From a virus (lineage: Duplodnaviria; Caudoviricetes), in IMG/VR virus record IMGVR_UViG_3300036793_000090, positions 1 to 41,142 of that record: 41,142 nt of DNA; one strand, given 5' to 3'. Under the pieces are notes generated by a model that worked only from the letters and a program-made list of their open reading frames with translations, had not been told where the DNA came from and searched no databases. Made by a program: the position numbers and the translations under genes. Positions 18,573 through 27,385 of this stretch are shown here, piece by piece; the stretch's first letter is position 1; every line of letters starts with the position of its first letter.

Positions 18573-19588
18573 TGAAACAGCCTTTCATATGCCTTTTCCC
18601 ATTTATGCCAATTGGCTTCTACGGTAAAGGCCGAGGCGTGCACTTTACCTTTTTCGCCCATTTCCTTACGAAGGTCAGGATTATCCGCCAGCAGGCGAAT
18701 GTACTTCATCCAGTCATGAGGGCTTTGATTCTTCACCAGGAAGCCGTTCTCCCCGTGCACGATGTACTCGCGGTACGGCTGTACATCAGAGGCAATAACT
18801 GGGATACCGCGTGCGTTGTACTCCAGCGTTTTCAGCGCCGACTTCGAACGGCTGAATGTCGTATCCTTCAACGGGACAATGCCTATGTCGAAGTCAATGG
18901 ACTCATAGTAGGCGCGCTCGTCGTCATTGATTTGCTTCCATCCGGAGTAGATCATCTGGTCCCAGTTTCGAGCGTTAAATGACGGGCGGTAATCGGTGCC
19001 TCCGACAAGTAGGTCCCAGTTGTCGTTCTTAGCAAGGAACCGGCGGACGGGCTGAGCCGCCTCGTGAATATCCAGGCCGTGACTTGCCCCTCCTATCCAG
19101 CCGAGCCTCGGACGGCGATTAGTTTCCTTCGGCAAGTCCAGTACATACTCGGGAACGCAGTTCGGCAGCACGGCAACGTTCTTGCACTCGTGGCCCCGGT
19201 GAAGCTGCGCCAGCGTCTCGGTTGTCACTGTTACCAGGTCAGCGGTCTGACTGTACCCCTCGATGGATTCCCGCACGGTAGGTTCGCTATACCGCTGGTA
19301 AGCTGCCCAGTTCACCTTTTCGACATTGAACAGGTCATCGTCAGTTTCGTAGACAAGCCGGTTATGAGGTTTCCGCGCACGCCGCCACATCGACATCCCG
19401 TTGTATCCAGCGAGCCGCTGACAGGCCAGCACGTCATAATCACTAGCGTTGCGGATGTGCTCAATAGTCTCTGTGTCCGACGTGTTGCTGAAGGTGACCT
19501 CATGCCCGTGCTTTGCAAGCTCGCGAAGGGGCTGAACCATCCGGACGTGCCCGCATCCCAGGCCGTCGTTTGCTGCGAGGATCTTCAC
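18569..19588 (-). CDS. Glycosyltransferase, GT-B (GT4-like)
   Basis: 'YETDDDL', 'DIGIVPL...KS.LK.LEY...GIPVIAS', 'HGENGFLV'. Confidence 0.85.
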   Translation of the reverse strand: MKILAANDGLGCGHVRMVQPLRELAKHGHEVTFSNTSDTETIEHIRNASDYDVLACQRLAGYNGMSMWRRARKPHNRLVYETDDDLFNVEKVNWAAYQRYSEPTVRESIEGYSQTADLVTVTTETLAQLHRGHECKNVAVLPNCVPEYVLDLPKETNRRPRLGWIGGASHGLDIHEAAQPVRRFLAKNDNWDLLVGGTDYRPSFNARNWDQMIYSGWKQINDDERAYYESIDFDIGIVPLKDTTFSRSKSALKTLEYNARGIPVIASDVQPYREYIVHGENGFLVKNQSPHDWMKYIRLLADNPDLRKEMGEKGKVHASAFTVEANWHKWEKAYERLFQ

Positions 19589-19628
19589 CCGGACAGACTA
19601 CCAGGAAATAACGGAGTAACATGATGGA

Positions 19629-19760
19629 ATGCACCGTTTTGTAGAGCCCTCGCCGGTTCACACTCCCTGCGACATGCGCGCTGTAGACGAAATCCTCGCC
19701 CGGAACGCTAAGGTAGCAGCTCAGGAAGATAAAGGCCGTAAGAAGCAGCGCAAGAAGTAA
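19629..19760 (+). CDS. Small basic hypothetical protein (43 aa), opposite to the operon
   Basis: MHRFVEPSPVH...KGRKKQRKK; ends directly at a bidirectional terminator. Confidence 0.45.
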   Translation: MHRFVEPSPVHTPCDMRAVDEILARNAKVAAQEDKGRKKQRKK

Positions 19761-19800
19761 AGAAATCCTGGTAGCCGGATCGCGGCTACCAGGATTTCTT
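19760..19800. terminator. Bidirectional intrinsic terminator
   Basis: Perfect 18-bp inverted repeat AAGAAATCCTGGTAGCCG / CGGCTACCAGGATTTCTT between convergent genes. Confidence 0.85.
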
Positions 19801-19838
19801 GTGCTCCCGGCGGGATTGGGGTCGAGGCCAGGAGATGC

Positions 19839-20057
19839 TTATACCTGGGTACCAGGCTGCGGGTGGCCGTGGTTTCCCCGGCTCATAGCCGCAGAGAAGT
19901 GGTCGCCGTTCTCGGCCGCGAGGCCGACTTCGCCGGCGTCATCGTCAACCTTGGACCAGCCGGCTACGGGACCTCCGGAAGAGGCGCTGTAGTTGTACTG
20001 GTTGAGACCTCCGGTCTTGCCGCCGCGAACAACGTTCTCGCCAGTAGGCTCTGCCAT
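19839..20057 (-). CDS. Small Gly-rich hypothetical (head-associated?) protein
   Basis: Coupled in the capsid operon. Confidence 0.6.
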   Translation of the reverse strand: MAEPTGENVVRGGKTGGLNQYNYSASSGGPVAGWSKVDDDAGEVGLAAENGDHFSAAMSRGNHGHPQPGTQV

Positions 20058-20058
20058 C

Positions 20059-20292
20059 TTAATCACCTGCCTTTGTGCCGTGTGCGTTCACCAGGGGGCG
20101 GACATTGGAAAGAGCCGGAACGTCCAGGTCGGAGTTACCTACGACAGCGTTGGGCGTAGCTAGCGTTACCATGACCTGCTCAGATTCAGAGCCCGGTGCG
20201 CCTGTACCGTTCGAGAGTCCTGAAATCGTGTTACCTGCGGCCATAGAGCTACCGCCGGTAAGACCCTTGCAAGTGTTACTCAGGTCTTCCAT
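20059..20292 (-). CDS. Small Gly/Ser/Thr-rich hypothetical protein
   Basis: Contains 'TGAPGS' also present in 20296-20745. Confidence 0.6.
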   Translation of the reverse strand: MEDLSNTCKGLTGGSSMAAGNTISGLSNGTGAPGSESEQVMVTLATPNAVVGNSDLDVPALSNVRPLVNAHGTKAGD

Positions 20293-20295
20293 GGC

Positions 20296-20745
20296 TTAGG
20301 CTCCCGTGTGATCGTGGCCGATCGGGGCCTGACCCATACCCGTGGACTTGGGGTGGTAGAGGCCGGGAATGCCGGTGTCGGTGCCGTACTTGTTCGCCTG
20401 TGCCTCAGTGTCCACAGAGCCGCCGGACATGTCCAGACGCGGGCTAGAGCCGTAGGAGTCCTGGGTGTAGGACGCGCCACCAGAGGTGCCTGCGGTCGCG
20501 CCAGAGCCGCCGGGAGCGCCGGTAGCAGTGTCGCCGGTCGCTGCGCCGTAGATGGAGCCGGGAACCGGAGCGGTCAGGGTCGGGTCAGACGGGGACATGC
20601 CCACGCCGCCGGTACCAGGAGCGCCCGTGCTCTGCGGGTTCTGGATGCCGAAGGGGATCTTGCCGGCAGCCTGACCAGGCTGGGCAGTCTGGTCGCCACC
20701 GTGAGCTGCGCCCTTAGAGGGTCCGCCCATAGTCTTATCAGCCAT
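20296..20745 (-). CDS. Gly/Thr/Pro-rich low-complexity protein (possible capsid decoration)
   Basis: RBS AGGAGG; repeated 'TGAPG'. Confidence 0.65.
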   Translation of the reverse strand: MADKTMGGPSKGAAHGGDQTAQPGQAAGKIPFGIQNPQSTGAPGTGGVGMSPSDPTLTAPVPGSIYGAATGDTATGAPGGSGATAGTSGGASYTQDSYGSSPRLDMSGGSVDTEAQANKYGTDTGIPGLYHPKSTGMGQAPIGHDHTGA

Positions 20746-20810
20746 TAAAGTGCCTCCTGTGAATGGTCAGGCTGTTCATCTCCCAGGGTAGCTCGGCATT
20801 CAAGACTGTG

Positions 20811-21269
20811 CTAGAGCGAGCTGTATTCCTTGATTAGTGCGGCTTTAGTCCATTCCGCAGCCGTATTCCCGTTCGCACCATTGTGCACGGCCCATTCAAT
20901 CCACTTTGCCTTGGGCTCTGCGGTGCTCGGCCGCTTCATCGTGGACTCGGTGACTTCGGAAGCGGAGTCGTCGCGGTCGAAGTCAGAATCGAAGTCATCA
21001 GGGAAGTCCTCTACTTCGAACTGACTTACCATCTCCTCTTCCTGCTCGCCGTCAAGACGCTCTAGCTTGGACTCGAAATCAGGGTCTGCGGTCTTGAGCA
21101 CGTCGTAGCCCCGGTTCAGGGAAGGATTGCCCGGGTACTCAGCTAGGCCGTTCCGAACTAGGTCTTCGGCTTCCCAGTCAGGGACATCGATAGTTCCTAG
21201 ATACCCGGGCCATTCCTGGTTGTCGAACCGGGAGCCTGTGCGATGCATCAGCATTCGTACTAGAGTCAT
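20811..21269 (-). CDS. Hypothetical head-module protein
   Basis: Directly after capsid gene; leaderless ATG after TATTCT; C-terminal 'KAKWIEWA...TKAALI' small helical motif. Confidence 0.7.
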   Translation of the reverse strand: MTLVRMLMHRTGSRFDNQEWPGYLGTIDVPDWEAEDLVRNGLAEYPGNPSLNRGYDVLKTADPDFESKLERLDGEQEEEMVSQFEVEDFPDDFDSDFDRDDSASEVTESTMKRPSTAEPKAKWIEWAVHNGANGNTAAEWTKAALIKEYSSL

Positions 21270-21284
21270 GCCCTACAGAATACG

Positions 21285-21320
21285 CGAAAAGCCCTCGCAC
21301 CGTAGCGCGAGGGCTTTTCG
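21285..21320. terminator. Intrinsic terminator after major capsid gene
   Basis: CGAAAAGCCCTCGC...GCGAGGGCTTTTCG. Confidence 0.85.
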
Positions 21321-21334
21321 TTAACCACTACTGG

Positions 21335-22576
21335 TTAGGTAGTCGGTGCCTGGTAGAGCTTGACCGCGTTGGTGTCGCCCCAGTTACCGTCGCCGCGCAG
21401 GAGGCAGCGGAAGGTCACAAGGTCGGAGCCGAATGCGAAGTCATCGGAACGCTCGAACCGGAGTCCGCCGACGAGCCGCACGAAGTACTGGCTGAAGTCA
21501 CCAAATGCGACGGACTTGTTGCCGGTAACCACGGCCGGCATGAACGGATCGGCCACGAGGGGCTTGCCCAGCAGCAGGTCGGGAGCACCAAGTACGGTGC
21601 TCGGCTCCCAGATGGGCCGGGAGTTGCCGTCCACCAGCTTGCGGAACCCGCCGATGGTCTTGTCTGCCGCGAGCCAGTAGCAGGACCGGGACTGACGGTA
21701 CGGCGCGATAACGCTGTACTCAAGGTCAATCAAGTCGTTGTACTGAGCAGCGCCGCTCTTGCCTGTCGTAGTGCCGGTAACGCCGACAGAGACACCGCCG
21801 GTAAGCAGGCTGCCGGAGATTCCGCTTCCGCCGTTGACGAGCGCGGTACCGAAAGCGTTGCCGATAGCACGGCCGGAAGACATCGCGAGGTAGCCGAGGA
21901 GGTCAACTGCGGTGTCATCGATGAGTTCGCGGCTGAGCTGGGTGAGCGAGCCGAACTTGGTTGCCGCGAGCGTACGCTGGCTGAACGCAGGGTCAGCAGC
22001 GGTGATCGGGGCACCCTGAGTAGCGGAAACGCCGGTAATGTGACTGGAAACTACCGGGATCTGGATCGTCTCGCCGCCGGTGGTGTTCAGGACGCTCGGG
22101 CCGGTCTGGAGAAGGCCGCTGACTTCGATCAGGTACGCAATGAGCTGGTCGTAGAAGTCAACCGGGACGGTAGCCGAGGCAGCAGCGGTGTTGGACTGGA
22201 GAACACGGAGTTCCGGAATGCTGATCGAGCCGCGCTTCTGACGGTGAACGTCCTGTACGACGTTGCCGCTCCGGCCGGTCATCCAGTTGCGCAGTTCCTC
22301 ACGCATTGCGTCAGCGCTGCCGCCACCGCGAGCCTCTTCGCGTCCTGCGAGGTTGTTGTAAACCTCGTCGGTGGACTTGGCACGGGACTCAGCGTCGAGA
22401 ACGGCCTTCAGGCGCTCATCGATCTTGTCGATTTCGCCGTTCAGGGCCTCCCACTTGCCCTCTTCCTCGCCGGTAAGGGCGCGGTTCTCCGTGGTGCTAA
22501 GCTCCAGAAGCTCCTTGGCCTCATGCCAAGCCTTCTGACGCCTGTCACGGAGGGTCTTGGCAACTTCAGATGCCAT
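21335..22576 (-). CDS. Major capsid protein (HK97 fold, with N-terminal delta domain)
   Basis: Coiled-coil N-terminus; 'SRELIDD', 'LLGKP', 'FGDFS.Y', 'RGDG'; RBS AGGAGG. Confidence 0.95.
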   Translation of the reverse strand: MASEVAKTLRDRRQKAWHEAKELLELSTTENRALTGEEEGKWEALNGEIDKIDERLKAVLDAESRAKSTDEVYNNLAGREEARGGGSADAMREELRNWMTGRSGNVVQDVHRQKRGSISIPELRVLQSNTAAASATVPVDFYDQLIAYLIEVSGLLQTGPSVLNTTGGETIQIPVVSSHITGVSATQGAPITAADPAFSQRTLAATKFGSLTQLSRELIDDTAVDLLGYLAMSSGRAIGNAFGTALVNGGSGISGSLLTGGVSVGVTGTTTGKSGAAQYNDLIDLEYSVIAPYRQSRSCYWLAADKTIGGFRKLVDGNSRPIWEPSTVLGAPDLLLGKPLVADPFMPAVVTGNKSVAFGDFSQYFVRLVGGLRFERSDDFAFGSDLVTFRCLLRGDGNWGDTNAVKLYQAPTT

Positions 22577-22678
22577 TTGATGCCTCCTAGAAATTGATTC
22601 GGGATGACATCCGGCTCCGAAGTCCTCGCCTCAGCAAAGGCGGCTACTTGGCCACGGTTCGTCAATTACCTAGTGAAC

Positions 22679-22719
22679 ATAAAAAATCCGACTTTCGCAA
22701 GTAAAGCCGGATTTTTTAT
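22679..22719. terminator. Terminator/attenuator-like hairpin between protease and capsid genes
   Basis: ATAAAAAATCCG...CGGATTTTTTAT. Confidence 0.65.
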
Positions 22720-22744
22720 CGCGGGGTGTGCTACCAGACGACCT

Positions 22745-24091
22745 TTACTCGTCGTCAGAGTCGAAGAAGTACGGGTCGTACATCCTCTCCTGAAGCATTG
22801 CCAGCTTCAGGCGATTAGCTGCTGCCGTGTCAATCTCGTGGCCGTTGTCGGAGAGGCCGTTCTCTTCCACAGCCTCTTCCATTGCGGAGCGGCCCTGCTC
22901 TTCGCCGCCCTTGCCCGAGTCGTCCTCGCTCTCGGTGTTCTCGTCTTCCTCGTCCTCGTCGCTGTCGTCAGCGTCGGACTTGGGAGCGTCGCGAACCTCG
23001 GACTCTTCGTCAGCCGAGTTCTTCGCGGGAGCGCTGTCGTCGCCGCCGGTCCAGTCAGCGGGGAGCATGTGGGAAAGGCCGAGAGCCTTGGCACGCGCGA
23101 TGATGTGCTGGCGGATAGCCTCGTGGCTCGCGTGACCGCGCCCGACAGCGTGAATCGCATTGTGCAGGTCTTCCTCGTCCGCAATGGGATAGGAAGGGTC
23201 GCCCTTGTCATTCGGCATTGCCGCGCCGCTAGAGCCCATCTTCTTCATCTGGGCCGCGTCGTACTTGGCACGAACCTCAGCCTCGTACCAGGCGGCACGC
23301 AGCTCGTCTGCTGTCTGCATTACAGTTTCCTCCTGGGAGACATTAGTCGTATTAGTTGTAAACGTCATGGTGCTGGTACCCGTAGTCACGGGAGTAACGA
23401 CACCAGGCGTACCTGTAACCGTAATAGTGGGTACAGACGGGCGGTCACTGCGCTTGAACAGCCTCACGCCCTGGTTCTCTGCAAGGAGAGAACGGATTTC
23501 TGTAGGGTCAGCCTGGAAACGCAGCGACAGCGAATTCACAGCGCCGTCCAGCGCGCGGGAGGCTGCGGTAGCGTCCGGGTAGGCGGGGGTGATAACCGGG
23601 GCAACGTCTACCAGTTCTACATTGGTCAGGGTACGAAGCGGGTAACTGTAATCGGAGAGTCCCCAGTCATCACCGCCCTCAGGAACCCGGAAAGCGAAGG
23701 AAGAGTGCTGGCAGTCACCGCGCTGGCAAAGCTCGATGATGTCCGACCGGAAAGACGGCGGTACAACGTCGTACATTAGCCCGGTGTCATCAAAATCGAT
23801 CAGGCAGGTTCCTGCGCGGGTGGTACCAAGGAGGAAGTCGTCGTTGTGGTTGTAACGGCACACCACGTCCTGCCAGCCTTCAGCCTTGGACTGGGTGAAA
23901 GCACGAGAGTCAACCTTCTCTACGAACCCTCCCAGCTTCCGCGACAGCTTATTGAAAACTGAAGCGTAGCCTACGATACGGCCGGGGCCAGAGCCGTCAG
24001 CAGCCTGGCGTACTTCAGGCTTGAAGGGGTTGATACGGCGCTCGGGGAATGCCGAATAAAACTCTCCGGCCACGTGAACGTCAGTCACCAA
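22745..24091 (-). CDS. HK97-family prohead protease with long C-terminal extension
   Basis: 'GYASVFN', 'YNHN...LG', 'SSFAF', 'VITPAYPD'; acidic tail. Confidence 0.9.
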   Translation of the reverse strand: MVTDVHVAGEFYSAFPERRINPFKPEVRQAADGSGPGRIVGYASVFNKLSRKLGGFVEKVDSRAFTQSKAEGWQDVVCRYNHNDDFLLGTTRAGTCLIDFDDTGLMYDVVPPSFRSDIIELCQRGDCQHSSFAFRVPEGGDDWGLSDYSYPLRTLTNVELVDVAPVITPAYPDATAASRALDGAVNSLSLRFQADPTEIRSLLAENQGVRLFKRSDRPSVPTITVTGTPGVVTPVTTGTSTMTFTTNTTNVSQEETVMQTADELRAAWYEAEVRAKYDAAQMKKMGSSGAAMPNDKGDPSYPIADEEDLHNAIHAVGRGHASHEAIRQHIIARAKALGLSHMLPADWTGGDDSAPAKNSADEESEVRDAPKSDADDSDEDEEDENTESEDDSGKGGEEQGRSAMEEAVEENGLSDNGHEIDTAAANRLKLAMLQERMYDPYFFDSDDE

Positions 24092-24147
24092 AACCCTCCA
24101 TAGGCATAGGTATCGATTTCCAGGTTAGAGCCGGAAATGCATATACG

Positions 24148-25753
24148 CTAGTCGTTCAGTCCGCCAGGGGGCAGTTCCTTGTAGTTCTCCACCATGTCCC
24201 TGACTACGGAATTGGGGATCTGGGCGGTAAAACGGTTCATGTCAACGGATTCCATTAGCGCCCGCTGAACGTGCGAAAGGCGCAATATGGCCGCTGCCTC
24301 GTGCTTTCCCATGGTGTCAAGCTCGCGCGAGTAGGCGTTCATCATGTTCGCGTAGAACTGGCCAGGATCGTTAGCGGGGCCGGTGGGAGCGCCAGTATTG
24401 GGGTCGGGCTCGAATTCCCCTCCAGCCGGGGTCTTAGTCATTCCCTGCTTCTGAAGGCCCTCCAGCTTGTTGCCCGCGAGGTCCATGAGCAGTACAACCT
24501 GGTCCAGCATCGACTTCGGCAGTGCGCCGGCACGCTGGGCCATGGAGACCATGAGCTGAAGCGGCAGGGACTCGCCGCCCGCGCCCTTGGGAAGCGGCGG
24601 CAGGTCTTCCAGCTCGCGCAGCTCGTCGGTAGAGCGCAGGCCGATGTTCCGCTGAATCTGGTAGATCTCGGTGCGCGTCTTGAGGTCCGTCTTCAGCAGC
24701 GCGTCAGTATTGAAAGCGACTACGCGGCGCTGGGGCAGCAGGTCAGCGAACGCCCACTCCAGGCGGCACAGCCACGGCCTGAGGGCTTCGATTACCTGAA
24801 GCTGGTTCTGCTCCACGGTGTTGTAGGTGAGCGAGTCTCCGCTCTTTCCGCCGACCCTGTTAGGCGGCAGGTCCAAGATCGAGGCGATGTGCGTGGCATT
24901 GAGCTGCATGGCGTCGATGAACTGTGCCTCGGACGGCGGAACGGTAACAGGGGTGTAGTCCCAGTCACGTCCGTACACGAGCGGTTCGCGCCTCTGGAGC
25001 GAGGTAACGAGCATGCGGCGAATCGTTGCGGCCTGCTCAGCATCGACTTCAAGTTCGGAGTTCTGGAATGTACCGGGAGGGAATCCGCCGGACGCGTACC
25101 AGTCAGTTCCGTAGCGCTGCGCTTCCCAGCCGGCCAGGATTGTCAGTGCGAACGCTCGCAACGGGGAAAGCCCCTCAAGGCGGCCTGCCATCGCATAGCC
25201 CTTGAGATGGAAAACCTCAGCGTCAGGACCGTACCACTTCATTTTCCGGCCGTAGGCGTAGACATTCTGGGCAAGCGGGTTGAAGTTAGTCGGGTCTTCC
25301 TGCTCTACTATTACGTACTCGGGCGGAATCCACTCTATTCCCGTGGGGTAGCCGAATCCGTCGCGGCCGGTAATAAGGCCCCAGGCATTGCCCTGTAGCG
25401 TCAGGCTGGACATGCACGAGAACATCCAGTCGTAAACAGTCCCGGTAACAGACGGCTTGTCGAAGATGCTAGGTCCGTTATAGGGAACCCTGCGACCGTC
25501 GCGGCTCTGGGTATAGACCTTGACTGGAAGGGACGCGGCATTGTCAGAGAGGATCTTCGTTCCGGCGTACAGGGCGGGAAGTCCCAGCGCCTTGTCTACG
25601 CCGAATAGCTGACGCGTCGGGTGAACAGGCCCGCCCACGTCGAAGCGCATGAAAGGATCGGTCCACGGCTGTTAACTGCCACGGCACTCCACCGATAGCC
25701 CGCTTTTCTACGCGCTTCGAGGAGTGTGCAGAGATATTCTCTAGCAAACCCAT
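24148..25753 (-). CDS. Portal protein, interrupted by a 7-nt coding gap at 25669-25675
   Basis: HK97-portal motifs ('GNAW', 'GLSPL', 'EAQF'); AAGGAGG+ATG at 25753 is out of frame with the body, joined across CAG-TTAA-CAG. Confidence 0.9.
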
Positions 25754-25945
25754 GACCAAACCACCTCCTTTACACGCCACATGCACAAGTGCATGGCTCG
25801 TAACGGGGATTGGCCAAGGACCAGCCGAATTGCGGTCCTGCTCCGCTCCTAACCCGGCTCTGCTAGACGAGTGTGGTGCGCTGACTAACAGCCACGGGCT
25901 ACTTGCTAGTTTGGAGTAGTTTGCCTGATCATGCAAATTTTCGCA

Positions 25946-25951
25946 TATACT
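25946..25951 (+). promoter_or_regulatory. -10 element (TATACT) for leaderless HNH transcript
   Basis: TATACT 6 nt before ATG 25958; TTGCCT at 25921. Confidence 0.5.
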
Positions 25952-25957
25952 ACTTAT

Positions 25958-26539
25958 ATGCGCGATGACCTGATAGGGAAGACATTCGGCCGCCTGACAG
26001 TAGTGCGGCACGACCGAGGCAAAGGCTGGCTGTGCCTCTGTGAGTGCGGCGAGGAGATCCACACACGGCCTGGATGCCTGGAAAGTGGCAATACCCGTAG
26101 CTGCGGGTGCCTGCACAAAGAGGCTGTCACTAAGCACGGGCACGCACGTAAATCAAGGCACAGCACAACCTATAATTCCTGGTCAGCGATGATCAGCCGA
26201 ACTACTAACCCACAACACCCGCGTTGGGCTGACTGGGGCGGCCGGGGCATTACGGTTTGCGATAGCTGGCGTGAATTCGAGAACTTCCTTGCCGATATGG
26301 GCGAGAAGCCTCCGGGCATGACACTAGAACGGATAAATAACAACAGCGGCTATAGCAAGTCCAATTGCTGCTGGGCAACTCCTGCGCAGCAAGCGCGTAA
26401 TAATCGCGGTTACCGCCTGACTCCTGATGTACGGAAGCGTATTGCCGAGCTAGCTGAAGACGGTAACACCATGATTCAAGTCGGAAAAATCGTCGGACTG
26501 AATCGCCATACAGTGTCTAAGGCGTGGCCTGATCTTTAG
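25958..26539 (+). CDS. Free-standing HNH homing endonuclease
   Basis: 'GKTFGRLTV', 'CLCECG', 'SCGC', 'GGRGITVC..W', 'TLERINN...Y...NCCWAT..QQARN'; inserted opposite to operon. Confidence 0.9.
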   Translation: MRDDLIGKTFGRLTVVRHDRGKGWLCLCECGEEIHTRPGCLESGNTRSCGCLHKEAVTKHGHARKSRHSTTYNSWSAMISRTTNPQHPRWADWGGRGITVCDSWREFENFLADMGEKPPGMTLERINNNSGYSKSNCCWATPAQQARNNRGYRLTPDVRKRIAELAEDGNTMIQVGKIVGLNRHTVSKAWPDL

Positions 26540-26801
26540 GGACAACCTGCACCCGAGCACCCTTGTGGAACCCGTAGCGCATGCATGCGCCGGTCCAGCG
26601 AACACGGTTGAAGGTCCAGAGGGCGCTGAACACGACTACGAACCATGCGGTGCCTACGCTCCAGCCAATCGACGTGAAGACGAAGGCGATTGCGGTCAGC
26701 AGCATGCGGCGCGTGAACTGAACCGGGTGAATGTCTCGTGCCCGTTCCGCTATTTCCGAGCTAGGCCGGAGTACCGGCGGGTGAACATGCGTCATAGTCA
26801 T
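26517..26801 (-). CDS. Small membrane protein
   Basis: Hydrophobic stretch 'MLLTAIAFVFTSIGW...WFVVVF'; upstream of portal. Confidence 0.6.
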   Translation of the reverse strand: MTMTHVHPPVLRPSSEIAERARDIHPVQFTRRMLLTAIAFVFTSIGWSVGTAWFVVVFSALWTFNRVRWTGACMRYGFHKGARVQVVPKDQATP

Positions 26802-26805
26802 GCGG

Positions 26806-27030
26806 TCAAGAATACAGCAAGTCGTTAAAGTAGCCATTCATCCACTGGCGCGCGGCGGCAATCTCATCGGCAGTGGCACGGTACGCACTAGCAGACTCGG
26901 TGTACCCCAGCAGGCTTTCAGACTGCGCCATGTCGCGGCACCTTCCGACAGCCCTGTAGAACTTGTTCGTCAACTGGAACGCGCAGACCTGGATTTCGCT
27001 CCGGTCCTTTTCAGCCAGCTCTGCCGTCAT
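26806..27030 (-). CDS. Hypothetical protein
   Basis: ATGA coupling, RBS GAGAGG. Confidence 0.6.
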   Translation of the reverse strand: MTAELAEKDRSEIQVCAFQLTNKFYRAVGRCRDMAQSESLLGYTESASAYRATADEIAAARQWMNGYFNDLLYS

Positions 27031-27167
27031 AGCCTCTCGGCTTTCTTCGCACTACGCCTGAGGTGCCAGCGGACCACCGGGTAGCAGATGTCGAAGCGGC
27101 CCAGGAACCCGCAGATGAAGCAGTAGGTCTTCGGCGGCTTCGGTCGCGGTGCCATGATCCCGATCAT
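27027..27167 (-). CDS. Small hypothetical protein with CxxC
   Basis: Coupled to neighbours. Confidence 0.45.
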   Translation of the reverse strand: MIGIMAPRPKPPKTYCFICGFLGRFDICYPVVRWHLRRSAKKAERL

Positions 27168-27385
27168 TTTACTGTTCCTAGTTTTGCCATCGTGTGCTTC
27201 TCCTCGCGCCTGCGCGAGACTACGTTCCTCAGTACCTGCTCGCACTGCGCGCGGAGTTCAGGCTTCTCCTTGCGCGCCCACTGGATGTGCTCCAGGGCCG
27301 CCTCGAACTCCTGGCTGCTGGAGGGGTAGTTGAGCAGGTATTCCTCAGCGGTCCTGAGGCGTTCTGCTTCGTCGTTCAGTGCCAT
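27164..27385 (-). CDS. Hypothetical protein
   Basis: Coupled to neighbours. Confidence 0.55.
   Translation of the reverse strand: MALNDEAERLRTAEEYLLNYPSSSQEFEAALEHIQWARKEKPELRAQCEQVLRNVVSRRREEKHTMAKLGTVK

Noticed and set aside
22604-25398. Long plus-strand ORFs (22604-23779, 24271-25398) and similar ones elsewhere (e.g. 23-391, 8013-8798)
   Set aside because: Antisense shadows of clear minus-strand genes, expected in high-GC DNA; no motifs or RBS.
25544-26539. Group I intron with HNH interrupting the portal gene
   Set aside because: The HNH gene is upstream of the portal start and on the other strand; the interruption is only 7 nt; no group I core motifs recognised.
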